Assembly (NCBI GenBank): GCA_029258885.1
Contig: JAPDJW010000002.1
Location: 384,001-448,000, forward strand
DNA from: Thermoproteota archaeon
Lineage (GTDB): Archaea > Thermoproteota > Thermoprotei > Thermofilales > B9-G17
Direction of reading: 5' to 3'
Length of the DNA stretch: 64,000 nucleotides
The notes below the pieces were generated by a model. It was not told where the DNA came from. It ran no database searches and worked only from the letters and a program-made list of their open reading frames with translations. How positions within the stretch are numbered: the first letter of the stretch is position 1; each line of letters begins with the position of its first letter. This document shows positions 56,222 to 64,000 of this stretch, piece after piece. The position numbers were made by a program, and so were the translations under genes.

Positions 56222-58252
56222 TCGAACTTCAATTACCGCTCCATCCTTCTTAGATACGGGAACATATACTCTCCTTTCTACTCTAAATTCTCTGCCTGAT
56301 CTCAAGTCCCTACCCAATTCACTCCCATTCAAACCTAAGCCTTCAACATCTACGTCTAGTGGAACTACAACATCGTTATTCCTGGTATTAACTAGGAAGA
56401 AAACATACCTATCGTCTCCCTTATAAACTGAAGTAATTATACCCTCTATTCTGGGTCTAATATACGTTGAAAACCCAAACGCACCTAATAGCTTAGTTAT
56501 AAAATTAGAGCTTGGCTTTACACCTAAAAGAAGCACGCCACCTTTACCCTTTCTCTTAAAGTATCCTACAACATACTTCCTCCCATTAACTAGCTCGGCG
56601 TAAACCCGATCTTCTTCACTCCTAGCATCGTATAGCTCAGATGCCACTATCTCGCCTACAGTCCCGCCGAAGACGTATAATTCCTCTGTTTTTAAAGTTA
56701 GCTCATGGCCATTAATCGTTATCTTAAATCTGCCTCCTCCTCTAATGGACAACAAATCTACATGTAAGTCTTCATCAATCCTGGACTTTACGCCATGTTC
56801 ATTAACTGAGGGATACATTCCAAAGACGGCAAGCACAGAACCCTCTTCCATACACCTAAGCATCCTACGCCTATATTCATCGTTAAGGTAATCTAGACCC
56901 AAATAGATCATGAGCCCACCTCTATCCCTATCGACCTTTGGTTCGTATACGTTGAAGTCTAAGCCATGCCTATGAATATCTCTAAGTAAGTCGTCGAACC
57001 ACCTACTCCTAATTCCCCATATATGCTCTCTAGTAACCACTATAGATACATCAGAAAGCCTAGTTAAGTCGGTGGGATTCAGCCTATTATATAGATTCAC
57101 AATCTCCTTAAACACAGGGTAGAGCTCAGGCCTCACTCTACCCCATTCATTTATAGGTGAGAAATACCAATTATCCCTATTCACCAGCATATACCAGTTC
57201 CATCCAATTAGACCGAAGGCTAAGCCTAGTAAGGCCATATACCTGTAGTGTCCAGCTTCAAGAACTCCTGCACCATAGTGCCAGTCATGCCATACCCCAC
57301 ACTCGAATTCGGCAGACCAGGCGATACCAGCCGTAGCCTTCAGATACCTAACTATAACACTGAACCTCACTAGATCTTCCTCGGGAACCATGTTTCTAGG
57401 ATAGATATCTATACCTATTAAATCGCATATCTCCTTAAACTGGTAGAAGTTCTGCGGATAGCCCCACGGATAGGCGTTAAAGTATATCGGAATCTTCACT
57501 CCATTTCTCCTATACATTTCAGCGAGAATCGATGCGAGCTTAAGGCAATACCATTCCCTAAATTTGCAGAAATCCACGTATCTTCTAACGTCGATGAGAC
57601 TATAGCGTTGAGGCAGTCTCTGGAAGGCCTTAACCTCATCGAAATCCTTAAAGTTCGTGTTCCATGCCCTATTAAGGCTATCTATATCCCCATACCTCTC
57701 CCTAAGGTATTCCTGAAAGACGCCGTTGCCGCCGTATAGCCCTAACTGCCAGCCGTAGCTCCACTCCCACGGATCTATTTCATTATCAACTTGAAGTAGA
57801 ACTATACATCCATTATCGTACTGATGCCTAATGATAACCTTGGATACAGCATTAATCCATTTTTCAGCGTATTCAAGAAACTTCGGATGCATTCTATGAT
57901 ATCTAGCCGCGTACTCCGGCACACCAGCCCAAGGCATTTCCGAGTATATGTAGGGTCCAGGTCTAATTAAAACATACAAGCTTTTTCTCTCACATAGTTC
58001 AAGGAATCCTTCTAAATCCCTCTGCGGGCTTATCCTGCCGTTGAAATCATAGACTTCCTGTCGTATTTCATGGTAGTTCCACGGGACGTACGTTGATACG
58101 AACTTTAAACCTAAATCGACGACCTTATCTAGGACTTTACTCCAGGCCTCCCTAGGAATTCTCCAATAGTGTACCTCGCCGCTTAGAAGCCCATACCTCT
58201 TTCCATCGATAAATATCCCATTATCTTTAACTTCCACCGTCAGCTTAGACAC
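56216..58252 (-). CDS. Glycoside hydrolase family 35 beta-galactosidase-like
   Basis: SGEVHYWRIP, YVPWNYHE, IRPGPYIYSE, QVDNE, AEFECG. Confidence 0.9.
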   Translation of the reverse strand: MSKLTVEVKDNGIFIDGKRYGLLSGEVHYWRIPREAWSKVLDKVVDLGLKFVSTYVPWNYHEIRQEVYDFNGRISPQRDLEGFLELCERKSLYVLIRPGPYIYSEMPWAGVPEYAARYHRMHPKFLEYAEKWINAVSKVIIRHQYDNGCIVLLQVDNEIDPWEWSYGWQLGLYGGNGVFQEYLRERYGDIDSLNRAWNTNFKDFDEVKAFQRLPQRYSLIDVRRYVDFCKFREWYCLKLASILAEMYRRNGVKIPIYFNAYPWGYPQNFYQFKEICDLIGIDIYPRNMVPEEDLVRFSVIVRYLKATAGIAWSAEFECGVWHDWHYGAGVLEAGHYRYMALLGLAFGLIGWNWYMLVNRDNWYFSPINEWGRVRPELYPVFKEIVNLYNRLNPTDLTRLSDVSIVVTREHIWGIRSRWFDDLLRDIHRHGLDFNVYEPKVDRDRGGLMIYLGLDYLNDEYRRRMLRCMEEGSVLAVFGMYPSVNEHGVKSRIDEDLHVDLLSIRGGGRFKITINGHELTLKTEELYVFGGTVGEIVASELYDARSEEDRVYAELVNGRKYVVGYFKRKGKGGVLLLGVKPSSNFITKLLGAFGFSTYIRPRIEGIITSVYKGDDRYVFFLVNTRNNDVVVPLDVDVEGLGLNGSELGRDLRSGREFRVERRVYVPVSKKDGAVIEVRL

Positions 58253-58456
58253 CGAAATAATATAGTTTCACGGCTTTAAAAGTAGTAGCATTAAATCGGC
58301 TAAAAGTGTAGACGTTGATCCTGGCGGTACATGAGGGCTTGAGCCTCTCATAACGGATGTTACAATAGATGAGCTAGGAATTCAGATAATAAGCTTCGGA
58401 AGAGGTCTATAGAGGCATAAAGGAGATCCTCCCTCGGTCATGCGAGGAAGTTCAGG

Positions 58457-60571
58457 TTAGTAAAATATTGAGGCCAAGTAAAAGGCTACTAAACCTATCA
58501 CGTAAGCTACTGCAAGGCTTAATATTATCGAAAGAATTGCCCGCTTTGCTCCCCCCTCCTTATATATAGTGACTATCGTAGCTATACAGGGTACGTAGAG
58601 CGTAACCATAATCATAACAGCTAAGCTCTGGGGGAAGGTTAAACCAAGTTTCCTTATTGCTGATGCCGGATCAACCTCACCAGCTATTAGCGCAAGGGAT
58701 GATATGAAAGTCTCCTTAGCTACTATCCCCATAAGAAATGTGAATGCAAGCTTCCAAGAGCTCTCCGGATCTACCGCTAGAGGGGCAAATATGGGTGCAA
58801 GCATACGGCCTATGATCACTGCATACGTCTCTTCAATACTGGCCGCAGGGCCCTCTGGACCATAAGACGTTAGGAACCATATGATTAGGCTAAGTAGGAG
58901 AATAATCCCTCCAGCCTTCTTCAAGAAATGTTTAGAGTAGTCCCATGTAATCCACCATAATACCTTAGGTGAGGGTAGGTGTATCGGCGGAACCTCAAGC
59001 AATAGTTCAGGGGGGTGCTTAATCCCGTAAGCCCTCCTTATTAGTAGCGACGTTACGAAGTATGATATCATTGCAATGAGGTAGATAATTACTATTGATA
59101 ATATTTTCTCCTGTGGCGTGGGAAAGAGGGCTGCTGCCAGCGCTGTGATAACTACAAGCCTTGCCTGACATGGAATAAACGGCACCGATAGGATTATCTG
59201 TCTTCTCTCGTAATCCTCCGTCGAGGCCCTCGAGGCCATAACTGCTGGAACGTTACATCCCAAGGCTATTAGAGTCGGATAGACTGCCCTACCCGATAAG
59301 CCGAACTTACTGAAGAACTTATGGAGTGATACTGCAACGTACGGGCCTATACCGCCGTCCTCGAGAAATCCTAGAACTAGTAACGTCATGAATATTAGAG
59401 GGTAAAATGATAGGACCGAGCCTACGCCACCAATGATTCCGTCAGCGATCATACTTTTAATCCATATAGGTAAGTTCAATGTATAGATGTAACTAGAGAT
59501 GGCCTCAAACACTGATGAGAGAACTCCGGCTATGGTCATAGACTCTATCATTTCAGCTAAATCCTCAGATCCTAAAAAGCTGAAAATAAGGTTCAGCGGA
59601 AAACCCGTATTGAGGGTAAATACTAGAAAATATAATCCGAGAATTATGGAGAGGCTAATAAGGGGGCCTACTTTAGGTCTGAGGAAAAGTTTTTCCAAGG
59701 GACTGCCGAGCATGGGTCTTTTAAGAGTCCTCACTACAACCTCGCTCGTTACAGAGTCCACAAACCTATACCTAGTGAGTATAATTAATGCATCAACGCC
59801 CATTCCTACGCTCTTAGAAATAACCTGTCTTATCTCTCCAATTTTCTCTATGCATTCAGGGCTATGTTTAGCCAGAATATCCTCGAGATCAGGATCTCCT
59901 TCAAGCAATCTTATAGCAATCCACCTTCTCTTAACGCTGGGTATATAGGGACATTTAGATATAAGCCTCTCTACCTCACTTATTGATGGCTCCAGCTGTC
60001 CATAATTAAGTTTAAAGGTCTTATTTCTACGTCTGCCGGTAGATACGTCAACTATGGCGTTTAATAGCTCTCTTATTCCCTCGCCAGTAATGCTTGAGAC
60101 AGGGACTATCGGAACACCGAGTTTAGCTTCAAGCTTATCAACGTGTATGTGTATGCCCTCCTTATGCGTTGCATCCCACTTAGTTAAAGCTACTACAACC
60201 TTATTCGTTAGCTCTAGGACGTGTATAGCTAAATACAGAGTTCTTTCAATATTCGTAGAATCGACCAGAACTAGAACAACATCGTACTTACGGCTCAAGA
60301 GGAAGTTTTTAGTAACCTTTTCCTCAGGAGAAGTCCCCGTTAAGCCATATACTCCAGGAGTATCTATAAGCAGGATTTTCCTACCCCTATGCTTAACAAC
60401 ACCATACTTCCTCTCAACGGTTGTTCCAGGCCAATTAGCTATATGCGCTATCTCCTTCGTTAACGCGGTGAAGAGGGCAGACTTACCGACGTTAGGTTGG
60501 CCGACAACCGCTACTCTTATATCAAATCTTCTCTTAAACTCTCTGCTTTTAACGTCAAGAGACGGTCTCAA
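58457..60571 (-). CDS. feoB: Ferrous iron transporter FeoB
   Basis: GQPNVGKS, NWPGTTVE, DTPG, GCNVPA, PCQAR, ELLLEVP, YVPCIAT. Confidence 0.97.
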   Translation of the reverse strand: MRPSLDVKSREFKRRFDIRVAVVGQPNVGKSALFTALTKEIAHIANWPGTTVERKYGVVKHRGRKILLIDTPGVYGLTGTSPEEKVTKNFLLSRKYDVVLVLVDSTNIERTLYLAIHVLELTNKVVVALTKWDATHKEGIHIHVDKLEAKLGVPIVPVSSITGEGIRELLNAIVDVSTGRRRNKTFKLNYGQLEPSISEVERLISKCPYIPSVKRRWIAIRLLEGDPDLEDILAKHSPECIEKIGEIRQVISKSVGMGVDALIILTRYRFVDSVTSEVVVRTLKRPMLGSPLEKLFLRPKVGPLISLSIILGLYFLVFTLNTGFPLNLIFSFLGSEDLAEMIESMTIAGVLSSVFEAISSYIYTLNLPIWIKSMIADGIIGGVGSVLSFYPLIFMTLLVLGFLEDGGIGPYVAVSLHKFFSKFGLSGRAVYPTLIALGCNVPAVMASRASTEDYERRQIILSVPFIPCQARLVVITALAAALFPTPQEKILSIVIIYLIAMISYFVTSLLIRRAYGIKHPPELLLEVPPIHLPSPKVLWWITWDYSKHFLKKAGGIILLLSLIIWFLTSYGPEGPAASIEETYAVIIGRMLAPIFAPLAVDPESSWKLAFTFLMGIVAKETFISSLALIAGEVDPASAIRKLGLTFPQSLAVMIMVTLYVPCIATIVTIYKEGGAKRAILSIILSLAVAYVIGLVAFYLASIFY

Positions 60572-60798
60572 GGATAGGCCACCGGCTGAACAATGATTTT
60601 ACGTGCAACGCCCCTACCAATAGCCACCCTAGTTCCCCTAACCATAACAAGTATAGGGCCTGGAAAGTTTGAAATAACCTCTACAATGCTTCCAGGAGTA
60701 AATCCCATCTCCATAAGCCTCCTCCTAGCTCCAAAGCCACCTGCTATATACAGTACCCTAGCCCTAGCGCCCGGAGGAAGATCGGCAAGAGTTATCAT
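60568..60798 (-). CDS. feoA: Ferrous iron transport protein FeoA
   Basis: RRRLMEMGFTPG...VRGTRVAIGRG; start placed at ATG 60798. Confidence 0.95.
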   Translation of the reverse strand: MITLADLPPGARARVLYIAGGFGARRRLMEMGFTPGSIVEVISNFPGPILVMVRGTRVAIGRGVARKIIVQPVAYP

Positions 60799-61460
60799 GA
60801 AACCACCTTCTCGACGAAAATAAACTCGCATACCTCCAGCGGAAGCTCATGAATTAAACCATTCATTTTAACTATAACAGCATTTTCTTCTCTATTCAGG
60901 ACCTCAATAACCCTATTAGGTCTAATGTCTAAATCTTTAACGTAAGCTAGAGGCTTCTTTAACTCAGTTACCCTAATAACCACGTACCTGCCACTACTAA
61001 CTGTCGACAAACGTTGCCCCCTACTTTCACCCCTGCTAGGAATAGGATTACCATGCGGGCAAAAACTGGGAAAGTTCAGGTATTCATCGGCTAGCTTAGC
61101 GAAGCTCTCAACATGCTCAAGTTCATGAGCCATATTATGAGCGCTAGCTAAATCCAAACCGAATACCTCGATAAGAAATACCTCAATGACTCTATGTCTC
61201 CTAATTATATCCCTAGCAACGCTTTTCCCAAGGGAAGTAAGCCTCAGCGTTCCGCGTCTAGTCTTCAGGACATACCCGTCTCTTGCAAGCCTATCAAGTA
61301 CACGCGATGCCGTAGCAAGCGTAACGCCAAGCTCAGACGCAATATACGATAACCTGGATTCTCCGAAGGTCTCCTCAAGCCTATACATTGTAGCGATGTA
61401 ATCCTCCCTCTTAGGCTTAACCTTCTTCTCAACTTTTACTAGGTTAACTTTATTAGACAC
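60795..61460 (-). CDS. DtxR/MntR-family metal-dependent repressor with a FeoA-like C-terminal domain
   Basis: EDYIATMY, RRHRVIEVFL, AHELEH, CPHGNPIP. Confidence 0.94.
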   Translation of the reverse strand: MSNKVNLVKVEKKVKPKREDYIATMYRLEETFGESRLSYIASELGVTLATASRVLDRLARDGYVLKTRRGTLRLTSLGKSVARDIIRRHRVIEVFLIEVFGLDLASAHNMAHELEHVESFAKLADEYLNFPSFCPHGNPIPSRGESRGQRLSTVSSGRYVVIRVTELKKPLAYVKDLDIRPNRVIEVLNREENAVIVKMNGLIHELPLEVCEFIFVEKVVS

Positions 61461-61468
61461 GTCTAATA
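61451..61468. promoter_or_regulatory. 18-bp palindrome over the repressor start codon; candidate autoregulatory operator
   Basis: TATTAGAC-AC-GTCTAATA. Confidence 0.45.
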
Positions 61469-61621
61469 TAGTTAGCCGTATAATATATAAGGCTTTCCAC
61501 GTTTTCCTTTATTTTGGAGAACAACGTTTAAAACGATGTAAAAGACCGCCCACTTATTTCAAAATACTTAAGACGTGATTTATTTTAAAATATATTTATC
61601 AGAGTAAAGCGGTGCACCAGC

Positions 61622-62404
61622 ATGATACTCGATGAATCCGTAGAAAGTATTCTTGGGGAGTTAAGCGAGAAGTTAAGAATTATAGATTTTTCCATATGCT
61701 TCCGCTATGCGTATGCAGTTGTTGAGGGGAAGTACGGGAGAGCTATGGGTGTAGCCTATATACCGTATGAAGATGCACACGGTTCTTCAGGGCTAAATGA
61801 GGTACCTAGACTTGAAAAACTCCGAGAATATGTAAGTTCACGGAATGTTCTAGAGAAGGTTGCTGGTGTAGCACTGCTGAACGCTGTATCACAGTATCTC
61901 CTATGGTATATTCATCAGGATAGATATTCTATTAACCAGGATATGGACGCCTTCTTCATCCTAGAGTCTGAGGAGCTCCAGAAGTTAAAGGTTGTTTTAA
62001 TCGGCTATATTGCCCCGCTAGAGGAAATGCTTAGAGATAAGGTTAGGGAGTTAGCTATTATAGAGCGTAGCCCCTTCACTCGAGGTAATGCCCTTCCGGA
62101 CATAGCTACGCCTAGAGTTCTCCCCAATGCCGACGTAGTCTTTATTACAGGCTCAGCTCTAATCAATGATACGATAGACTACGTACTTGCTCTCTCTCGT
62201 AAGGCAAAAATTAAGGTTCTGGTCGGTCCAACGGCACAGATCCTTCCCGACGTCGTCTTTAAAGCTGGTATAACACATGTCGCAAGCACCAGAGTAATAG
62301 ATATCGATAATGCATGTAAGATGTTGAAGCTTGGAGGAGGAACCAGGAGTCTAGTTAAATGTGGAGAAAAATACGTTATAAGCATGTTAAGAAATAGGCA
62401 ATAA
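61622..62404 (+). CDS. DUF364-family Rossmann-like protein
   Basis: GVALLNAVSQ, VVLIGY, IIERSP, DVVFITGSALIN, LVGPTA. Confidence 0.85.
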   Translation: MILDESVESILGELSEKLRIIDFSICFRYAYAVVEGKYGRAMGVAYIPYEDAHGSSGLNEVPRLEKLREYVSSRNVLEKVAGVALLNAVSQYLLWYIHQDRYSINQDMDAFFILESEELQKLKVVLIGYIAPLEEMLRDKVRELAIIERSPFTRGNALPDIATPRVLPNADVVFITGSALINDTIDYVLALSRKAKIKVLVGPTAQILPDVVFKAGITHVASTRVIDIDNACKMLKLGGGTRSLVKCGEKYVISMLRNRQ

Positions 62405-62405
62405 T

Positions 62406-63614
62406 TTATCTTAAAAATAGCTTGCCTAGTGTATAGTATATCCTAAGGCAGTTTATCAGGTTTTCAATCTTTACGTATTCGTTGGGGACATGTGCTACTT
62501 CTCCTGGTCCTATAATTAGAGCTGGCGCCTTAGTGTAGTAGCTAAGTATTTCCGCGTCAGTATATCCCATAGTATATATTCTATGCGGCTCCTTACCTAA
62601 AACCTCCTTAAAGGCTGTAATGGCTATATCATATAGCCTCCTGCCCCCATCTGTACTCAAATCGATCATGTAGGGAGGTCTATGCTTTGGAAAGATTTCG
62701 ACTTCAACCTTAACGCATTTTTCCTCTGTATCGTATTCATGTTTATGCTTATCGACCAAGCTTTCAGCTATACCCTTAATCTGGGCAATAGCTTCCTCGA
62801 CGTCCTCGCCGTACACAAGCCTCCTATCAACGTATACCTCACATCTATCAGGTACAACGTTTATTTTCCTTCCACCTTTTATCATGGTAACTGAGACAAC
62901 ACCTTTCCTAACCTTATTCACGGTCACTATGGGTAGAATTCTAGGCTTAATCGCAGAGTTAAGGTTACTTATAGCCTCTATAAAGTCAACAGCCCTATAG
63001 ATAGCGTTAACGCCCATTTCAGGCCTACTGCTATGATAAGCCTTACCATTAAAGATGATTTTAAACCTAACGCTACCCCCATGCCCAACCCTTAGGGCAA
63101 GTTCCCTCTTCTCAAATACCGAGCCCTCCCCAACAATAATGCCGTTGACATTCATTCTGCTTAAAACGCCCCTGGAGGCAACGTACTCCGAACCCCACTT
63201 CTCTCCACCCTCCTCCCCAACAACCGCTGTATACACGAGTGTACCCTTAAATCCCTTTTTCCTTAAAGCAAGGAAAGCTAACGTAAGGGCAGCTAAGCCT
63301 CCTTTCATATCGGAGGAACCCAGCCCATAAATCCTATCACCCACAAGCCACGGCTCAAAGGGATCCCTCTCCCATCCCTCAGAGGGAGGAACAGTATCCA
63401 TGTGGCCATTAAACACGAGAACGGGGCTTCCCTCCCCCTCAACTGCGACCACGTTGCCATACTCATCCAGTTCGACTGCGACGCCATTGTCCTCGAGAAA
63501 ATCCCTCAAGTACTTTGCAATTTCATCCTCGTGGCCAGTGAGGCTTGGTATCGAAATAAGGCTCCTAGTAAGCTCAACTACCCTTTCCTCATAATCGATA
63601 ATATCAGTATTCAT
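62406..63614 (-). CDS. M20-family metallopeptidase (ArgE/DapE-like)
   Basis: GHMDTVP, GLGSSDMKGG, VGEEG, GKAYHSSRP, GYTDA, GPG...H. Confidence 0.94.
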   Translation of the reverse strand: MNTDIIDYEERVVELTRSLISIPSLTGHEDEIAKYLRDFLEDNGVAVELDEYGNVVAVEGEGSPVLVFNGHMDTVPPSEGWERDPFEPWLVGDRIYGLGSSDMKGGLAALTLAFLALRKKGFKGTLVYTAVVGEEGGEKWGSEYVASRGVLSRMNVNGIIVGEGSVFEKRELALRVGHGGSVRFKIIFNGKAYHSSRPEMGVNAIYRAVDFIEAISNLNSAIKPRILPIVTVNKVRKGVVSVTMIKGGRKINVVPDRCEVYVDRRLVYGEDVEEAIAQIKGIAESLVDKHKHEYDTEEKCVKVEVEIFPKHRPPYMIDLSTDGGRRLYDIAITAFKEVLGKEPHRIYTMGYTDAEILSYYTKAPALIIGPGEVAHVPNEYVKIENLINCLRIYYTLGKLFLR

Positions 63615-63654
63615 GGTCTAATTCAGGTGTCTTCAAAAATAAATAGCTTTAGAA

Positions 63655-64000
63655 CTATATATAGCCGTGAGCCTTATACCATTCAACAGTCTCCTTAAGC
63701 CCTGTCTTTAAATCGTATTTAGGTCTGTATCCAAGCTCCCTCTTAGCCTTCTCAATGCTATAAGCTCTATCAGAGGTTACGGCATCTACCGTGCTTACGT
63801 GCCACATAAAGTTCTCCCTACCCGTAATCTTGTTTACCAATTCAACGGGAGCTATCAAAATTTTAGCTAGTATGGGCGGTATATGATGTTTAGGAGGCGC
63901 TTTACCGAGAATTTCAGCTAGGATGTTAAATACTTCAATGTAGGTATAGGCTCTATCCTCGCTGATAATGTAGGTTTCGCCCACCGATACATCGCTTTTT
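63655..64000 (-). CDS. NAD-dependent epimerase/dehydratase, C-terminal part (5' end outside the window)
   Basis: GETYII, YSIEKAKRELGYRPKYDLKTGLKETVEWY; frame stays open to the window edge. Confidence 0.88.
   Translation of the reverse strand, partial: KSDVSVGETYIISEDRAYTYIEVFNILAEILGKAPPKHHIPPILAKILIAPVELVNKITGRENFMWHVSTVDAVTSDRAYSIEKAKRELGYRPKYDLKTGLKETVEWYKAHGYI

Noticed and set aside
58253-58456. Small gene or RNA between feoB and the GH35 gene
   Set aside because: All frames are interrupted or motif-less, and no convincing structure is present.
169-63698. Many opposite-strand ORFs in the track (e.g. 3625-4227, 14865-15608, 51995-52690, 60054-60596)
   Set aside because: They are antisense shadows of well-supported genes, Ser/Ile/Pro-rich and without motifs.
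1-64000. CRISPR array, rRNA or tRNA genes
   Set aside because: No regularly spaced 24-40 bp repeats, no long GC-rich RNA-like tract and no T-arm/CCA tRNA pattern seen; no cas genes.

Overview
A 64-kb, gene-dense, fairly AT-rich window from an anaerobic, probably thermophilic archaeon. GGTGA-type ribosome-binding sites, a crenarchaeal-type SSB, tungsten AOR and many toxin-antitoxin pairs suggest the TACK/Thermoproteota group, but this is inference. The first 22 kb is an energy-conservation island: an A1A0 ATP synthase cluster (F-E-A-B-D-small ORF, then K-H-C-I), a HycI-type protease, a 12-gene membrane-bound group 4 [NiFe]-hydrogenase operon, and hypE/hypA/Mrp-type ATPase/hypC. The hydrogenase has a complex-I-like membrane arm with three antiporter-like subunits. 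The remainder holds transporters (ClC-CBS, EamA, MFS, lactate permease, FeoAB, frameshifted GDT1), an Lhr helicase with a metallophosphoesterase, glycoside hydrolases (GH18, GH2, GH35), peptidases, class II HMG-CoA reductase, family II pyrophosphatase, and AOR with its radical-SAM maturase and a ModE-like regulator. There are four TA-like pairs and a decayed islet (about 37.2-41.6 kb) rich in pseudogenes and palindromes. I found no rRNA, tRNA, CRISPR array or intact transposase. The best leads are: (1) the hydrogenase, in which two of the three antiporter-like subunits each lack a conserved proton-pathway lysine; (2) a tandem helix-hairpin-helix protein in the hypC transcript; (3) a Zn-ribbon/RHH/catalytically dead PIN trio; (4) a ModE-box-like site upstream of aor; (5) a perfect 28-bp double palindrome; (6) a 100-bp inverted-repeat element. 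All calls were made by reading motifs; no database searches were run.
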